In this document: positions 11,112-22,055 of the stretch, piece after piece
How the letters are laid out: each line of letters begins with the position of its first letter
How positions within the stretch are numbered: position 1 is the first letter of the stretch
Assembly (NCBI GenBank): GCA_907165135.1
Contig: OU015567.1
Coordinates: 10,354,001-10,418,000, forward strand
DNA: 64,000 nucleotides
Direction: 5' to 3'
DNA from: Oikopleura dioica
Lineage: Eukaryota; Animalia; Chordata
The notes under the pieces: model-generated
Told to the model about the DNA's origin: nothing
Databases searched by the model: none
Seen by the model: the letters and a program-made list of their open reading frames with translations, nothing else
Program-made: the position numbers and the translations under genes

Positions 11112-13203
11112 ATTGCCGAATGCATAAACATATTCTCAATCTTATTTTTGAGTCTTTGAGTCCCGGAATTTATCAATCTAGCTGTCTGTCCGTAAATGGC
11201 AATGGCGCGATCTACTGAGACTAAATTTTATCAAGCTCGCATCAAAATAAAGCCAGGTCACACAGAAAATAGCGCATAAGAGAAATTAGCTGCGGGAATC
11301 AAGTCTCGTCAGCAATCAAAGATAGGACTGATTGGCAGACGATCGAACTCAACAGGGGTTCATCTTGTTATCCTCTGTCTGCGACGATTATCTAGGCCAC
11401 CGCCTTCCTAGAAATGCTTATGAAATCAACAAAGAGACGCGGCCATACGCGAGTCAATCCTGTTAGTTCGTCAATAATTTTTTTCTCTCATTATCGCTTG
11501 ATTTTGCTGCGCTTACAGATTTAGTTCGACCAAAGATGAAGCTTTTTCATGATGTTTTACAAGTGTTGAATTTTGAATTCGGCGTAAAAAAATCGCAACG
11601 GCAGCCATTCCTTCCAAAAAAGGGATGCTGAATTGACGTCACAATGTTTATACGTTTTTGGGACCTCGCGCCAAGGATGGCAGTCCTAGGGTGTGACCTC
11701 TAACTTCTAGTGCTTACTCTTCGTAGAATATTGTTGTCCCTTCAGAAAAAAAAACAAGGATAAATCAATGTTATTTCAAGACATCAATTTTGATAGCTTC
11801 AAATATTTCTCAGGATTCTCAGAAATCTACTTTGAGGGCAGGTCTCGGAATAACCGGTATCATCCATACGTAGGGTAACTAAAGTTCCCACGCTATCGAA
11901 ATTGTATTTGCGACAGTTTCCTTGCCTTATCACTCGTCTAGCATATATTGCCCTTCGAATTTCTTCTCACACCCGGCAACAAGTAATTATGTAACTGCAA
12001 CTGGCACGATCATTTTCCATGATTTCTATTCTCAATACCATCATATTACCATTTGCACAGTAGAATTCTCAATCTATGAGAGTCATTGTGATATTCTCAG
12101 CCGGCTTCCAAGAAAATAGCTTATCGATTCATATTTTACGTCAGGTAACCCATAAACGACAAAAGACTGCCGCCGGTGGAATTTGAATGATCTTTGCCGA
12201 AGGTCAACAAAGCACACGACTTACAAGTAGGATCATTCCCGCTGAGACAAGGCCGCTCGTTTTCTCTAATGATGAATAACTGCGGATTTTCTTAAGATTC
12301 TCCATTGTTTTCTTATGCCAAAGAAAAGCATTCGTTCAGTTAAGCCCGGTATTCAATTGTAAAACATCATAGGTTTTGTCCATTCTACGTCAGAAATGGT
12401 TAATTATGATGACGAAAGTAACAACTTCGACCTTGTCAAGGGTGACAAGAAGCCATTTGATTTACTGATCGTGGGTGGACGCTTTAGGCACCATGTGACA
12501 TTAAGAGACTTCTTAGGATATTCTCTAATTCACCAAAATTCTTGCCTATAGAAATAATTAATTAATGTTCTCTGACATCATCAGTACTAGAACCCATCTT
12601 CTACCCAAAGATGTTAATAAATTAAACCTAAAGAGTTCCTCCTGTAATATTCAAGTGGATTCAGCTGACGATTCTCATGTTTATCTGTTGTTTCTAAAAT
12701 GTAAATAAATCACAGTGGGTTCACGAAATTCTGATTATCTCCATAAAAATCAGTGGATCAACAGAAATTCGTGGAAACGTATTCTGTTGATCTTGTTAAT
12801 ACGTTGTTGTTCATCAGAAAAGAATGGCTTTCAATGATTTTACTACAGTGGTAGTATAGAACGAAAAGTATTTCTTGAAGCACTTCCATATTTAGCTATA
12901 TTTACTAAGAAAAAGGCAACTAAAGCATTCTATTTGGAATATTTGGCGACCCTAAGTGGCAGCTCGAGCGCAGCTTCAAGCCTGGGGCGCCAACGACTTG
13001 ACTCACAAAGGGACGCTCTTTATTTCCTCGCGGCTCACTTTACTCCAGAAACAGAGCCTAGAGACAGCTTGAGAGAGAAAACCTTTTAAATTTTGTATCC
13101 AGGGCAAATACGAAAAAAGAACGACTTCTTCAGTCAATTTTCTTTTCTCCACGACTTCGCTGCGACTGCCCAGCAACACACACACAAGCTGGCAAAACTA
13201 TTG

Positions 13204-13366
13204 ATGAACTTGGCTCAACTTGATTCCCGATCAAGTGCTCCAACTGCAGGTCAGTATTTTCAAAGCTAGGAAGATTTCTAGTGATGGTTACTTTATGATT
13301 CTAGGCACCGAAAAACACCCTGTTGTCGCACCACGAGTAGCTCAGCCAAAGGACGACTTTGGTTGA
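13204..13366 (+). CDS. Spliced 35-aa ORF (possible uORF)
   Basis: ATG 13204; phase-1 GT-AG intron (GCAG|GTCAGT...TTCTAG|GC); MNLAQLDSRSSAPTAGTEKHPVVAPRVAQPKDDFG*. Confidence 0.35.
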
Positions 13367-13419
13367 AGGAAACGACCCTGTCTAACTGCACCAAACGGCG
13401 TTAACCCACTCTCGCCGAC

Positions 13420-13856
13420 ATGACCCATCAATTCGAAATCTCATCATCCCTCAAAACCACCATCCAGCGGCTCAAGGACCGACTCTATTTGCGCAAAGTA
13501 GCGGCAAAAGGTAAAAATTACGTATTTTGAGCATAAACACTCCCCTCGTTGAAAGTAATGTTTACATGAATATGTAAGACTTGTTAAAATAGCCGAACTC
13601 ATGTTAGCTCTACCAATTCAGCGTATTTTTAATGATCTTTAATTAACGAGCAATTCGTAAAATTGGGTCACAAAATTATGAGACCAAATTTTGATCATCA
13701 AAATTGAAATTCCGCCAAGCCCGAAAGCGATATTCGTGTCTAAAATAAACCTTACAATTTCTTTCAGAACGGGCCATTGAAAAGCTGCAACAGGAAGTAA
13801 AAGGAGGAACTTCGCGAAGCGAAAAGACGCGCACGACTCGTTCAAATTGGCTCTAA
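13420..13856 (+). CDS. Short basic/helical protein, ~59 aa, 2 exons
   Basis: MTHQFEISSSLKTTIQRLKDRLYLRKVAAK, intron 13511-13767 (G|GTAAAA...TTTCAG), then ERAIEKLQQEV. Confidence 0.4.
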
Positions 13857-14304
13857 TGCACGGGCATTCTCCAACCGACGATCTTATTCCCCTTCCAATC
13901 ACTCGCTTTAATCAGTATTCTAGTAAAATTTAGCTACCTAACTTACCCAATTAATAAAGCCCTTTCTTACCAACAACTAGACTTTCAAATTCAAATCTGG
14001 TGTTACCTGCTTCTTTATAAAAATCAACTTACCAAAGTATTTATCAGAACTCAATGACCCGTATTCATTTTCAGCCATCATTTACTCCTTGCTCCAAATG
14101 TCCAATTCGTCACTGTAAATTAATCACTTCAAATTCTGCATTTAGTTAGTTTTTCATCTTCAAGAATAAATTTTATAAAAAACATTTGTCTATCGATGAG
14201 TCATATTTATCGGGGAGAATTCGCTTTGCCCTGCGGCGTGACTCATTGAAAAGAGAGAAAACTCGGGATTAAAATCGGATATTTCAGAACAGAAAAAATA
14301 ATAA

Positions 14305-15363
14305 ATGACAAAACGGGCTATCGATAAAAATTGGAAGGCATTATTACAGTCAGGAGCAGTCACACATAACAAGAAAAAGAAAGAACAAGTGAACTATGAG
14401 AAGAAAACAAAAGATGGCAAAAAGACCATTTGGTTCGACGTCGACAAGTCGATTTTAGAGCAGCATGATGCTTTGATGCCTTCGAAAGGGAAGGCTTCAA
14501 GTTTGAAGAACAAAATTGTTGCGATTGATTGTGAAATGGTGGGGATCGGCTTTGGCGGGAAGAAATCGGTCTTGGCGAGAGCGAGTGTTGTTTCGGGCGA
14601 CGGGGAAGTGCTTATAGGTAATTTCAATTAGGCTGATTTCGAAAGAGTCTGCCATCTTTAGACAATAATATTGTTTTGATAAATAGGCGTAATCATTAGT
14701 CTACTAGTATCAGATCCCATCAATCACATGTCGTGTTCAGACGAGTTTTGTCGGGCGCCGGAGAAAGTGACAGACTACAGAACACTTGTATCAGGAGTAC
14801 GGCCCAAGGACCTCAAGGACGCGCAGCCATTTGAATCATTGAGAAAGAAAGTAAAAGAAGCTCTCGCTGGAAAGATTCTTGTTGGCCACGGTCTTTCAAA
14901 CGACTTGAAGTGCTTAAAGATAAATCATCCTGCTGCAGATATAAGAGATACAGGAAATGATTTATAAGCTCTGGAAAAATTTCTATTGATGTTTTAATCG
15001 AGAAATTAGAAAATAATCATGAACAGCTAATTATTTCAAAAATGCGAAAGGATCGAAGCAAAGTCTCCAAACATTAGCTTCTGAAAGGCTTGGGATAAAA
15101 ATCCAGACAGGGGAGCATTCTCCTATTGTTGATGCGCGAGCTGCATTGAGAATATACGTAAGTCTCGAAGAAGCCTCACCATATTTGAAGATAATTGAGT
15201 TGTTTTGTATCAAATTCCGTCAATATTTTCGTAGCTCCAAAGCAGAAGAGAATGGGAAGAAAAGCTAAAGAAAGAAAAACAACCAAAAAAGGGAAAAATA
15301 GACAAAGTTGAAGAGCACGAAAGCGGGGTGGTCGACGAACAAGAAACTGAAAAATCTGTATAA
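14305..15363 (+). CDS. REXO4: RNA exonuclease 4 (DEDDh)
   Basis: AIDKNWKAL, VAIDCEMVG, TDYRTLVSG, ILVGHGLSNDL, DIRDTANY, GEHSPIVDARAALRIY; 3 introns, one of them GA-AG. Confidence 0.92.
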
Positions 15364-15426
15364 AAAGCGCCATAAAAGTCAGATATTGAGTTTAATCATG
15401 AAAATTGTTCAGAATTTCTGTGTAAA

Positions 15427-17842
15427 ATGGCAAATTCGAATTCGGATAATGAGCTGGAAATGGAAGTCATCAAAGAAGCGCGCTTAGAAAAAGAATCGAT
15501 TGTTGAGCCACAGAAATCAGTAGATTTGAAAGACTCGGACGAAGACTCAGATGAGCAAGATTCAGATGACGACGAAGATATTCTAACGACGGGAACAGTG
15601 GTGAAGGAAGCCGACATTCTCATTCACCCCCGTGGCGGTTGTCCGATTCATCCATTCAGAAAAACGTTCAAGGAGAAAAAAGTCATCGCGAAGAATGAAA
15701 AGTTCTGCGAAAAATGCTTCTGCTACATTTGCGACATTGAGTGAGAGAAAAAGCTGGTTTGTCATTCTACATTTCTTTCAGGGCATCAAAATGCGATTAT
15801 TGGACCGATGCAAAAGTACGTCATTGTAATGCGTACCACACGAAAGACGGGCTATGGAGATTTATTCGCGAGAAATATAAAGAGCGAAAAGCGAAGAAAG
15901 AAAATCTGTTGGCAATTAAACGAGATCTCCATGAGGTAAATTGGTCTTACGTAAAAGATAAACCTGTTCTTTAGCAGCGGAAACGTAAGCGACCCGAAAC
16001 ATCAAAAGCTGCATCAGTCATTGATCTTGCAGACCTCGAAGAAAAAATGAAAAAATTAGAAGAAGTTAGGGTTCAAAAAGAGAAAGAACGACTCAAGCGA
16101 AAGGAAGAAGAACGACAACAAAAAATCCAAAACCAAGAAGCGTTTACTTACCAAACTCATGAAGCATTTGAAGCCTATGAATCTACTGCACCGCCAGCTG
16201 CTGGAGTTACCTTGAATGATACAGAAACACTTCCAGACTTTTCTAAAACTCAGCCTGCAAAGCCAAAGGTAAAAACACATTTTAACGTTTCAGTTTCAAA
16301 TGTTACTATTTCAAGATTCAAATGAAGATAAATTTCTCCAAATCACTAGGCCAAAGCTCAGAACAGATTGATCAGGATGACAATGACGGTCTGACAGACC
16401 CATCTGCTCCAAAGAAAAAACGGCCTGAGGAGAAGAGCTCTGAAGAATCTCCAGAAAAGTCAATTGCCCTTGCAAGAGTTCGAAATGCGAGTGGAAAGTC
16501 AGGAGAGTACTCAGATCTACCGCATACGGCGGTGGCACTTCCAGAAGATCAACTCAAACCTGCTGGTTCTGGTCTTTCAAACTCAAGTCTGAGCCATTTG
16601 CAGCAATGGCTCGCATCAACAAAACACAACGCTAACCTTGAACTAAAGAAAGCCCAGGAAAATTTAAAGGCGATCGAAGCGCCTGGAAGATCAACTGCTC
16701 ACTTCAAAAGCTCAGCGGTATTCGATTCCAGAGAGTTTATGATGAGAAGGAAGACGCAAGCAAAAAGAATGAGCCAAAAAGTTTCATACGTCGATTCCAT
16801 TTAATTACAATCAACGAGGCGGAGGTCCACCATCAAGGGGATTCGTTGATCGAGGACGAGGAGCACCGCTGGGAAGGGGAGGTATTCGATTCGACATTCG
16901 TGGACGCGGTGGAGGATCCAATACAAGTGGAGGAACAAGTCAAGGTGGATTCACTTTCCGTGGAAATAATTCGCGAGGTTTTCCCAACCGCGGTGGGCCG
17001 CCTTTACGAGGAGTTCCGCCCGTCAATCATCGTGGAATGCCATTTTCTAATCGAGGAGGACTCCCTCAAAGAGGCCACCCAAATTTGAGAGGTGATTCTT
17101 TCAGAGGAGGAAGGCCGCCATCAAGAGGCGATTTTGGACGAGGAAGAGGGAATGGATTTTCTTCCCGCGGCGGCCCCGGATTTTCTCGTGATCCACCGCG
17201 GCGGGAATCATACGAAGAAGAAAATCGTCCTCGATATGGAAGTGCTCCAAATCCTCGTCGAGGGCCTTCCTCTTATACAAGCTCGAACACTGGTCAAAGA
17301 AGACGAGAAAACGACAGGACACAAGGCGATTACTCCCGTGGAGGTCAACGAGATCATCTGTCGTCGCGTGATAGTCGCCCAAATTCAACTCGGAACGTTC
17401 CGCGATTTGACGAAGGAAGAATCGACCGCCCCATGGGACGACGCAGCGGTCCTCACTCAAGCGCCTATGATCAGCTTCTGCAGGACGTCGATAAGCACCG
17501 TGAAATCTCAAAGAAAAAACAATGGGAAAATTCAAAACTCGATCGAGACATTCAAGCAGAACTGCGGCGAACGGAAAGAAAATCTGAGCCTATTTTACTT
17601 GGTGAAGTAAAGGTCGCTGAACCAGAGACGTTTGGAAAATGGTAAAAGAGCACTGCCGCGCGAGATATCGAAGGAATGGTGACACTTTTTCGCGAAATGT
17701 CCCAACCAGCGAACGAAAAATCGAGAGAGCTTGTTCAATCACTGGTCCAGATATTTCATTTATTGATTTAGTGAATAAGTTATTTATATCGTCACCAAGA
17801 GAAGCCAATTTAATCCATCTTTTTCCTTACCAAAAATTGTAA
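15427..17842 (+). CDS. Protein with N-terminal Cys/His zinc-binding domain (RIN13/zgc:112980-like), coiled coil and RGG-rich C-terminus
   Basis: HPRGGCPIHPF...NEKFCEKCFCYICD.EASKCDYW...HCNAY...LW. GT-AG introns join ORFs 15427, 15741, 16047 and 16322. The RGG region (16805-17640) is joined if one A is added in each of runs 16706-16709 and 16776-16780. Family name is from memory. Confidence 0.55.
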
Positions 17843-18008
17843 TTAAAATTTTATAACATAATTCAGAGAAGTAGAAGTCTTTAATAAGATCGAGATAACT
17901 TTTTGTAGCTAAATTCAACCTAAAGTCTTTAGGCTAAAGACATGATGATATTTTACTCTGTATATATTTTGATATCCAACGTTATATAAAAATATTTCTT
18001 TCCATAGA

Positions 18009-18535
18009 ATGGCAGACGCTGCTCGAAAGCGACTGGCAAAAGAGGTGAAGCAGTTGAAGAAAAAACCACTTGACTTGATCTGGACTGAACCAGATCCAGC
18101 GAACATCCAAGAGTGGCACTATTGCTTCGAGGGACCGAAAGATACTCCGTACGAAGGCGGCTTCTATCATGGTGTTTTGAAGTTCCCCAACGAGTACCCT
18201 TTCAAGCCGCCTGCAATCTATATGTACACGCCAAATGGACGATACAAGCAAAACACTCGAATTTGGTACAGACTTATTGAAGAGCGACTGATTTATTACT
18301 CAATTCTAGCACTTCGTTCTCCGACTTCCATCCCGAGTCCTGGCAATCGACGCAAACCATTTCAACAGTGCTAGTTGGACTCCTCTCTTTCATGACTGAG
18401 GAATGCCCCAACGCCATCGGGGGCATGCAAGAATCCAAAAGTGAACGAAAGAAGATGGCCAGGGAATCTGGTGCCTTCAACAAACGGAACGAAAAGTTCT
18501 GCAAGCTCTTCCCCTATCTTCTAGAACGAATGTAA
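18009..18535 (+). CDS. UBE2J2: Ubiquitin-conjugating enzyme E2 J2-like, copy A (no transmembrane tail)
   Basis: EWHYCFEGPKDTPYEGGFYHG, YPFKPPAIYMYTPNGR, RIC|TSFSDFHPESW with an intron inside the catalytic Cys codon; stops at ...LFPYLLERM*. Confidence 0.85.
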
Positions 18536-19026
18536 ACAATCCTGACAATCATCCAGCTCAATAATGTTCCCATTTCGCTTTTATACTGATCCCTTTCCAC
18601 TTTATCTGGACGTGCGTGTGACTGTAACGAAATAACTCTAAAATTTAATCACTCTATTTAGTCACTCTAAATACGAACTACAATTCATTGAAAAAAAAAA
18701 CGCTTAACTCTTCAGGAAAAACCTAATGCTCAAGCAGTATTATCACATCCGCGTTCAGACTCCTTTTAGTGCTTCATATTAAACTTCTTTTCTTCCCTCT
18801 ATGATTGAAACCTCATCTCGTGTAATTGAAAACAACTGAAAAACAAATTGAAAACAAGTTGTTAATTCATTGTGATTGAAAACTCTGCCACCAGAAACGC
18901 TATTCACCTAATCGGACAATAAATTTGTGATTATTATCTATCTAAACAAACTGGACTACTTCGCTTTCAATGATCAATAGTTCTGTCTTGAAATTTAGCT
19001 AAAATGATTTTATACTTTGAAGATAA

Positions 19027-19991
19027 ATGGCGGCCCAAAGACGCCAAGGACATGTGAGCGCGTTGAATCGCCTGAAGAACGATTATGCACGACTAAAGAA
19101 AGACCCAATTCCTTTGATTCATGCAGAGGTGAGTTGGCTTTTATACGCGCTAGGATCCACATCCTATTCTATGAGAAAGAGATAATAATGAAATAAAACT
19201 AAGCTTTTTTGTTTTTATGTCCTTCGCAGGAAGGAAATCTTGTCAGAGGCGTGTTTGCAATAATACCGTAAAATAAACGAAAGAGACCAAATGAGTACTT
19301 CAGCCCGACCCGGCAAATATGTTAGTATGGCATTACTGTGTAATCGGGCCGCCGCATACTGCCTACGAAGGAGGCTATTTTCACGGGAAACTTCAATTCC
19401 CGCCAGAATTTCCATTCAAACCTCCTTCAATCCTGATGATGACTCCCAACGGCCGTTTCAAAATAAATCAGAGACTATGGTAACTTTGTATTCTCTTCCT
19501 TGATTGCAACAAAAATTTGTAGCCTTTCCATATCAGATTTTCACCCAGATAGCTGGAATCCAGCCTGGTCAGTCGGAACAATTTTAAATGGGCTTCTTTC
19601 ATTTATGGTCGAGGAAGCAACAACATATGGATCCATCGAAACCCCCAACGCAGTCCGCCAGCGATTAGCAAGAGATTCAGGCGCAGAAAACTTGCGTAAC
19701 GAAAAGTTCTGCGAGTTGTTCCCCGAGCTTGTCGAAGAGATAAATTCAAAACTTGAAAAGAGAAGAGCGCAGACAAAGCCAATACCAAAGCCAGAGAAAG
19801 AGTCAGAAGAAACAACCAAGGAAGCAACAAATGCCACAGCGGATTTAAGGGCCGCTGTCAAGCAAGAACAGGGACTCTCAAACTTGGCAATTTTCGCGAT
19901 GATCACCCTTTTAGCGTTATCGGCAGGCGTCGTAAGTAACGTATGTATCTTTTACGACGTGATTGTGGTCGTAAACATTTATCAGACTTAA
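19027..19991 (+). CDS. UBE2J2: Ubiquitin-conjugating enzyme E2 J2, copy B (tail-anchored)
   Basis: NRLKNDYARLKKDPIP, WHYCVIGPPHTAYEGGYFHGKL, RLC|LSISDFHPDSWNPAWSVGTIL, C-terminal TM LSNLAIFAMITLLALSAGVV. Confidence 0.92.
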
Positions 19992-20167
19992 AACTGACAT
20001 GAACAATCGGACACTAACGCGGATTTTTTAGATTCTTTATGGAGAGAGCTAGTCTGTATTCTGTCATTATTCTCACTCTGTCTCGTCTCTTCAACATTTT
20101 CTATAAAAACAATCGAAAAAAAACTATCATAGTTTTCACAACTAAAGTGACTTCTTTTCACGTTCAG

Positions 20168-21571
20168 ATGAAAAATGAGAGTGTGGACGTAGAACACAGA
20201 CCTCTAGGTCGAGTTGGTGGTGCGCTCTTCTGCTTTCTGATCTTCATAACTTCATTTTATGGTGCAATATTTCTACTTGGCCCATGTTTTGCGTTAATTT
20301 ATATTTGGCCCTGGTTGTACAGAAGAGTTGTTGATCGGATTGTTGCGTTTTGGCTAATTTTTCCCATTGGTGAGTTCGACTTTTCATCCTATAATAATCT
20401 TGTTATTAAGCCTTGCTCGAAAAGGTCTTTCGTGTCCAGTTTTTTGTCAAAGGCGATGGGTTCAACTACATGGAACGAACTGTCATCATTCTCAATCATC
20501 GAACTCGTGTGGATTGGATGCTCTTTTGGCCCTGTCTGTTTCACTGTGCCCGATTGCGAAAGTTGAAGATCGTTCTAAAGTCCGACTTGAAGTACATCCC
20601 TGGCCCAGGATGGTTAGTCTTTTATCACTTATTAACAATAATGACGCGTCTTTCCCCAGGGCGATGCAGGCGGCGGGTTTTATTTTCCTTGACCGAAAGT
20701 GGGAAAGAGATCGACCACATGTTGAAGATTTACTTCATTACTTCAATGATCCGGACATCAACGAGCCACTTATTTTGCTTATGTTTCCTGAAGGAACTGA
20801 CTTGACAGAGAACACGAAGTCAAGGAGTGACAAGTTCGCTGATAAGCAAGGACTTCCAAAGTACGATTACGTTCTTCATCCAAGGTAATAAACTCGCCTT
20901 TTCGGTTAAATAACTATTGATAATAGAACTACTGGGTTCACGCACTTGGTAAAACAGCTGACGGAAGCTAATGCCATCGATTCTATTCATGATATCACTG
21001 TTGGATATCCAGCCGGGTTGATAAGAGATGAAAACGACCTTATCGACGGCAAAATGCCTAAAGAAGGTATTTAGTAAAACTTGGCTAAGATTTTGACTGA
21101 TTTCAGTCCATTTCTCTATCACGCGTCATCCGGTCGACACTCTGCCAACATCGGACCAGGATCAAATGTCCACTTGGCTCAACGAAAAATGGCGATTGAA
21201 AGAAGAGAAACTAAAAAAATTTTACACAGTCGATCGAAAATTCAACGATACTCGCCAACCGTACTGGGATAAAAGGACGATTAGCATTTGGATCGCTCTT
21301 GTTTTCTGGCCCTCTTTCACGTAAGATCAAGCTTTGAATCATTTCAGTAGTGACACAATGTTTCAGTGTTGTTTGCTCTTATGGCCTCATTGTGAGCCAT
21401 ATGCTCAAGTGGTACGGACTCGGCTCCATTGTCTTCTATATATTCGCTCTCAGAGCAAACGGGGGTGTAGAAAAGCTAGAGATGGCCGTTTTCCAAGCTC
21501 TTCATCACAAAAAGTAAAGTTTACTACGGCAACAAAATTTTATATTTTTCTTTAGTCCGAAAGAAGATTAA
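20168..21571 (+). CDS. LCLAT1: Lysocardiolipin acyltransferase 1 (AGPAT family)
   Basis: NHRTRVDW, KIVLKSDLKYIPGPGW|AMQAAGFIFLDRKW, FPEGTD, YDYVLHPR|TTGF; multiple GT-AG introns. Confidence 0.92.
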
Positions 21572-22055
21572 TCAACGAGTCCCGAACTGAAAAAATAACT
21601 GCTTCTTTGTAAATAGCGATTTCCTGTCTTCTTCAACTCAGTGCACAGTTCCATTTTTGTCCATAAACTATATTTTATCGCAAAGTCCACCTGTTTTTAA
21701 ATAGTACTTGTACCTATATATTTTTATAAAGCATCTTGACAGATAATTTCTAAAGGAATCCTGAGAGCGCAATAATCAGCTGCTCGTCGCGTTTTTACCT
21801 ATTTTCTTCCAAGCACCAATTTATGAAATTATAATCCTTTGTAGTTTCCTTTCTTTCACGAGCCTGTTTTCTAATCATGGCTATTTCCCGGTTTTATATT
21901 TTCCTTCAACGTGATTTTACCTTTCTTTTTACTATTTCCATTTATTCGTGTTCATGTTTTGTTTAGTGTCCAAAATTCTGATTTGTAGCACAAAACTTCA
22001 ATCCTTGCCTTTCATAAACACCTCTTCAGTTTTGTATTTCAGAAAAAAGTAAAAA

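Noticed and set aside
11760-12100. Minus-strand frame interrupted only by TGA codons (selenoprotein idea)
   Set aside because: Two stops in ~100 codons can arise by chance; no redox motif and no SECIS identified
12721-12792. Overlapping inverted repeats (GATCAACAGAA/TTCTGTTGATC)
   Set aside because: Stem of about 11 bp, too short for a pre-miRNA; no TSD or family evidence
19230-19268. Possible cassette/poison exon in UBE2J2-B intron 1
   Set aside because: Good acceptor but poor donor; no supporting evidence
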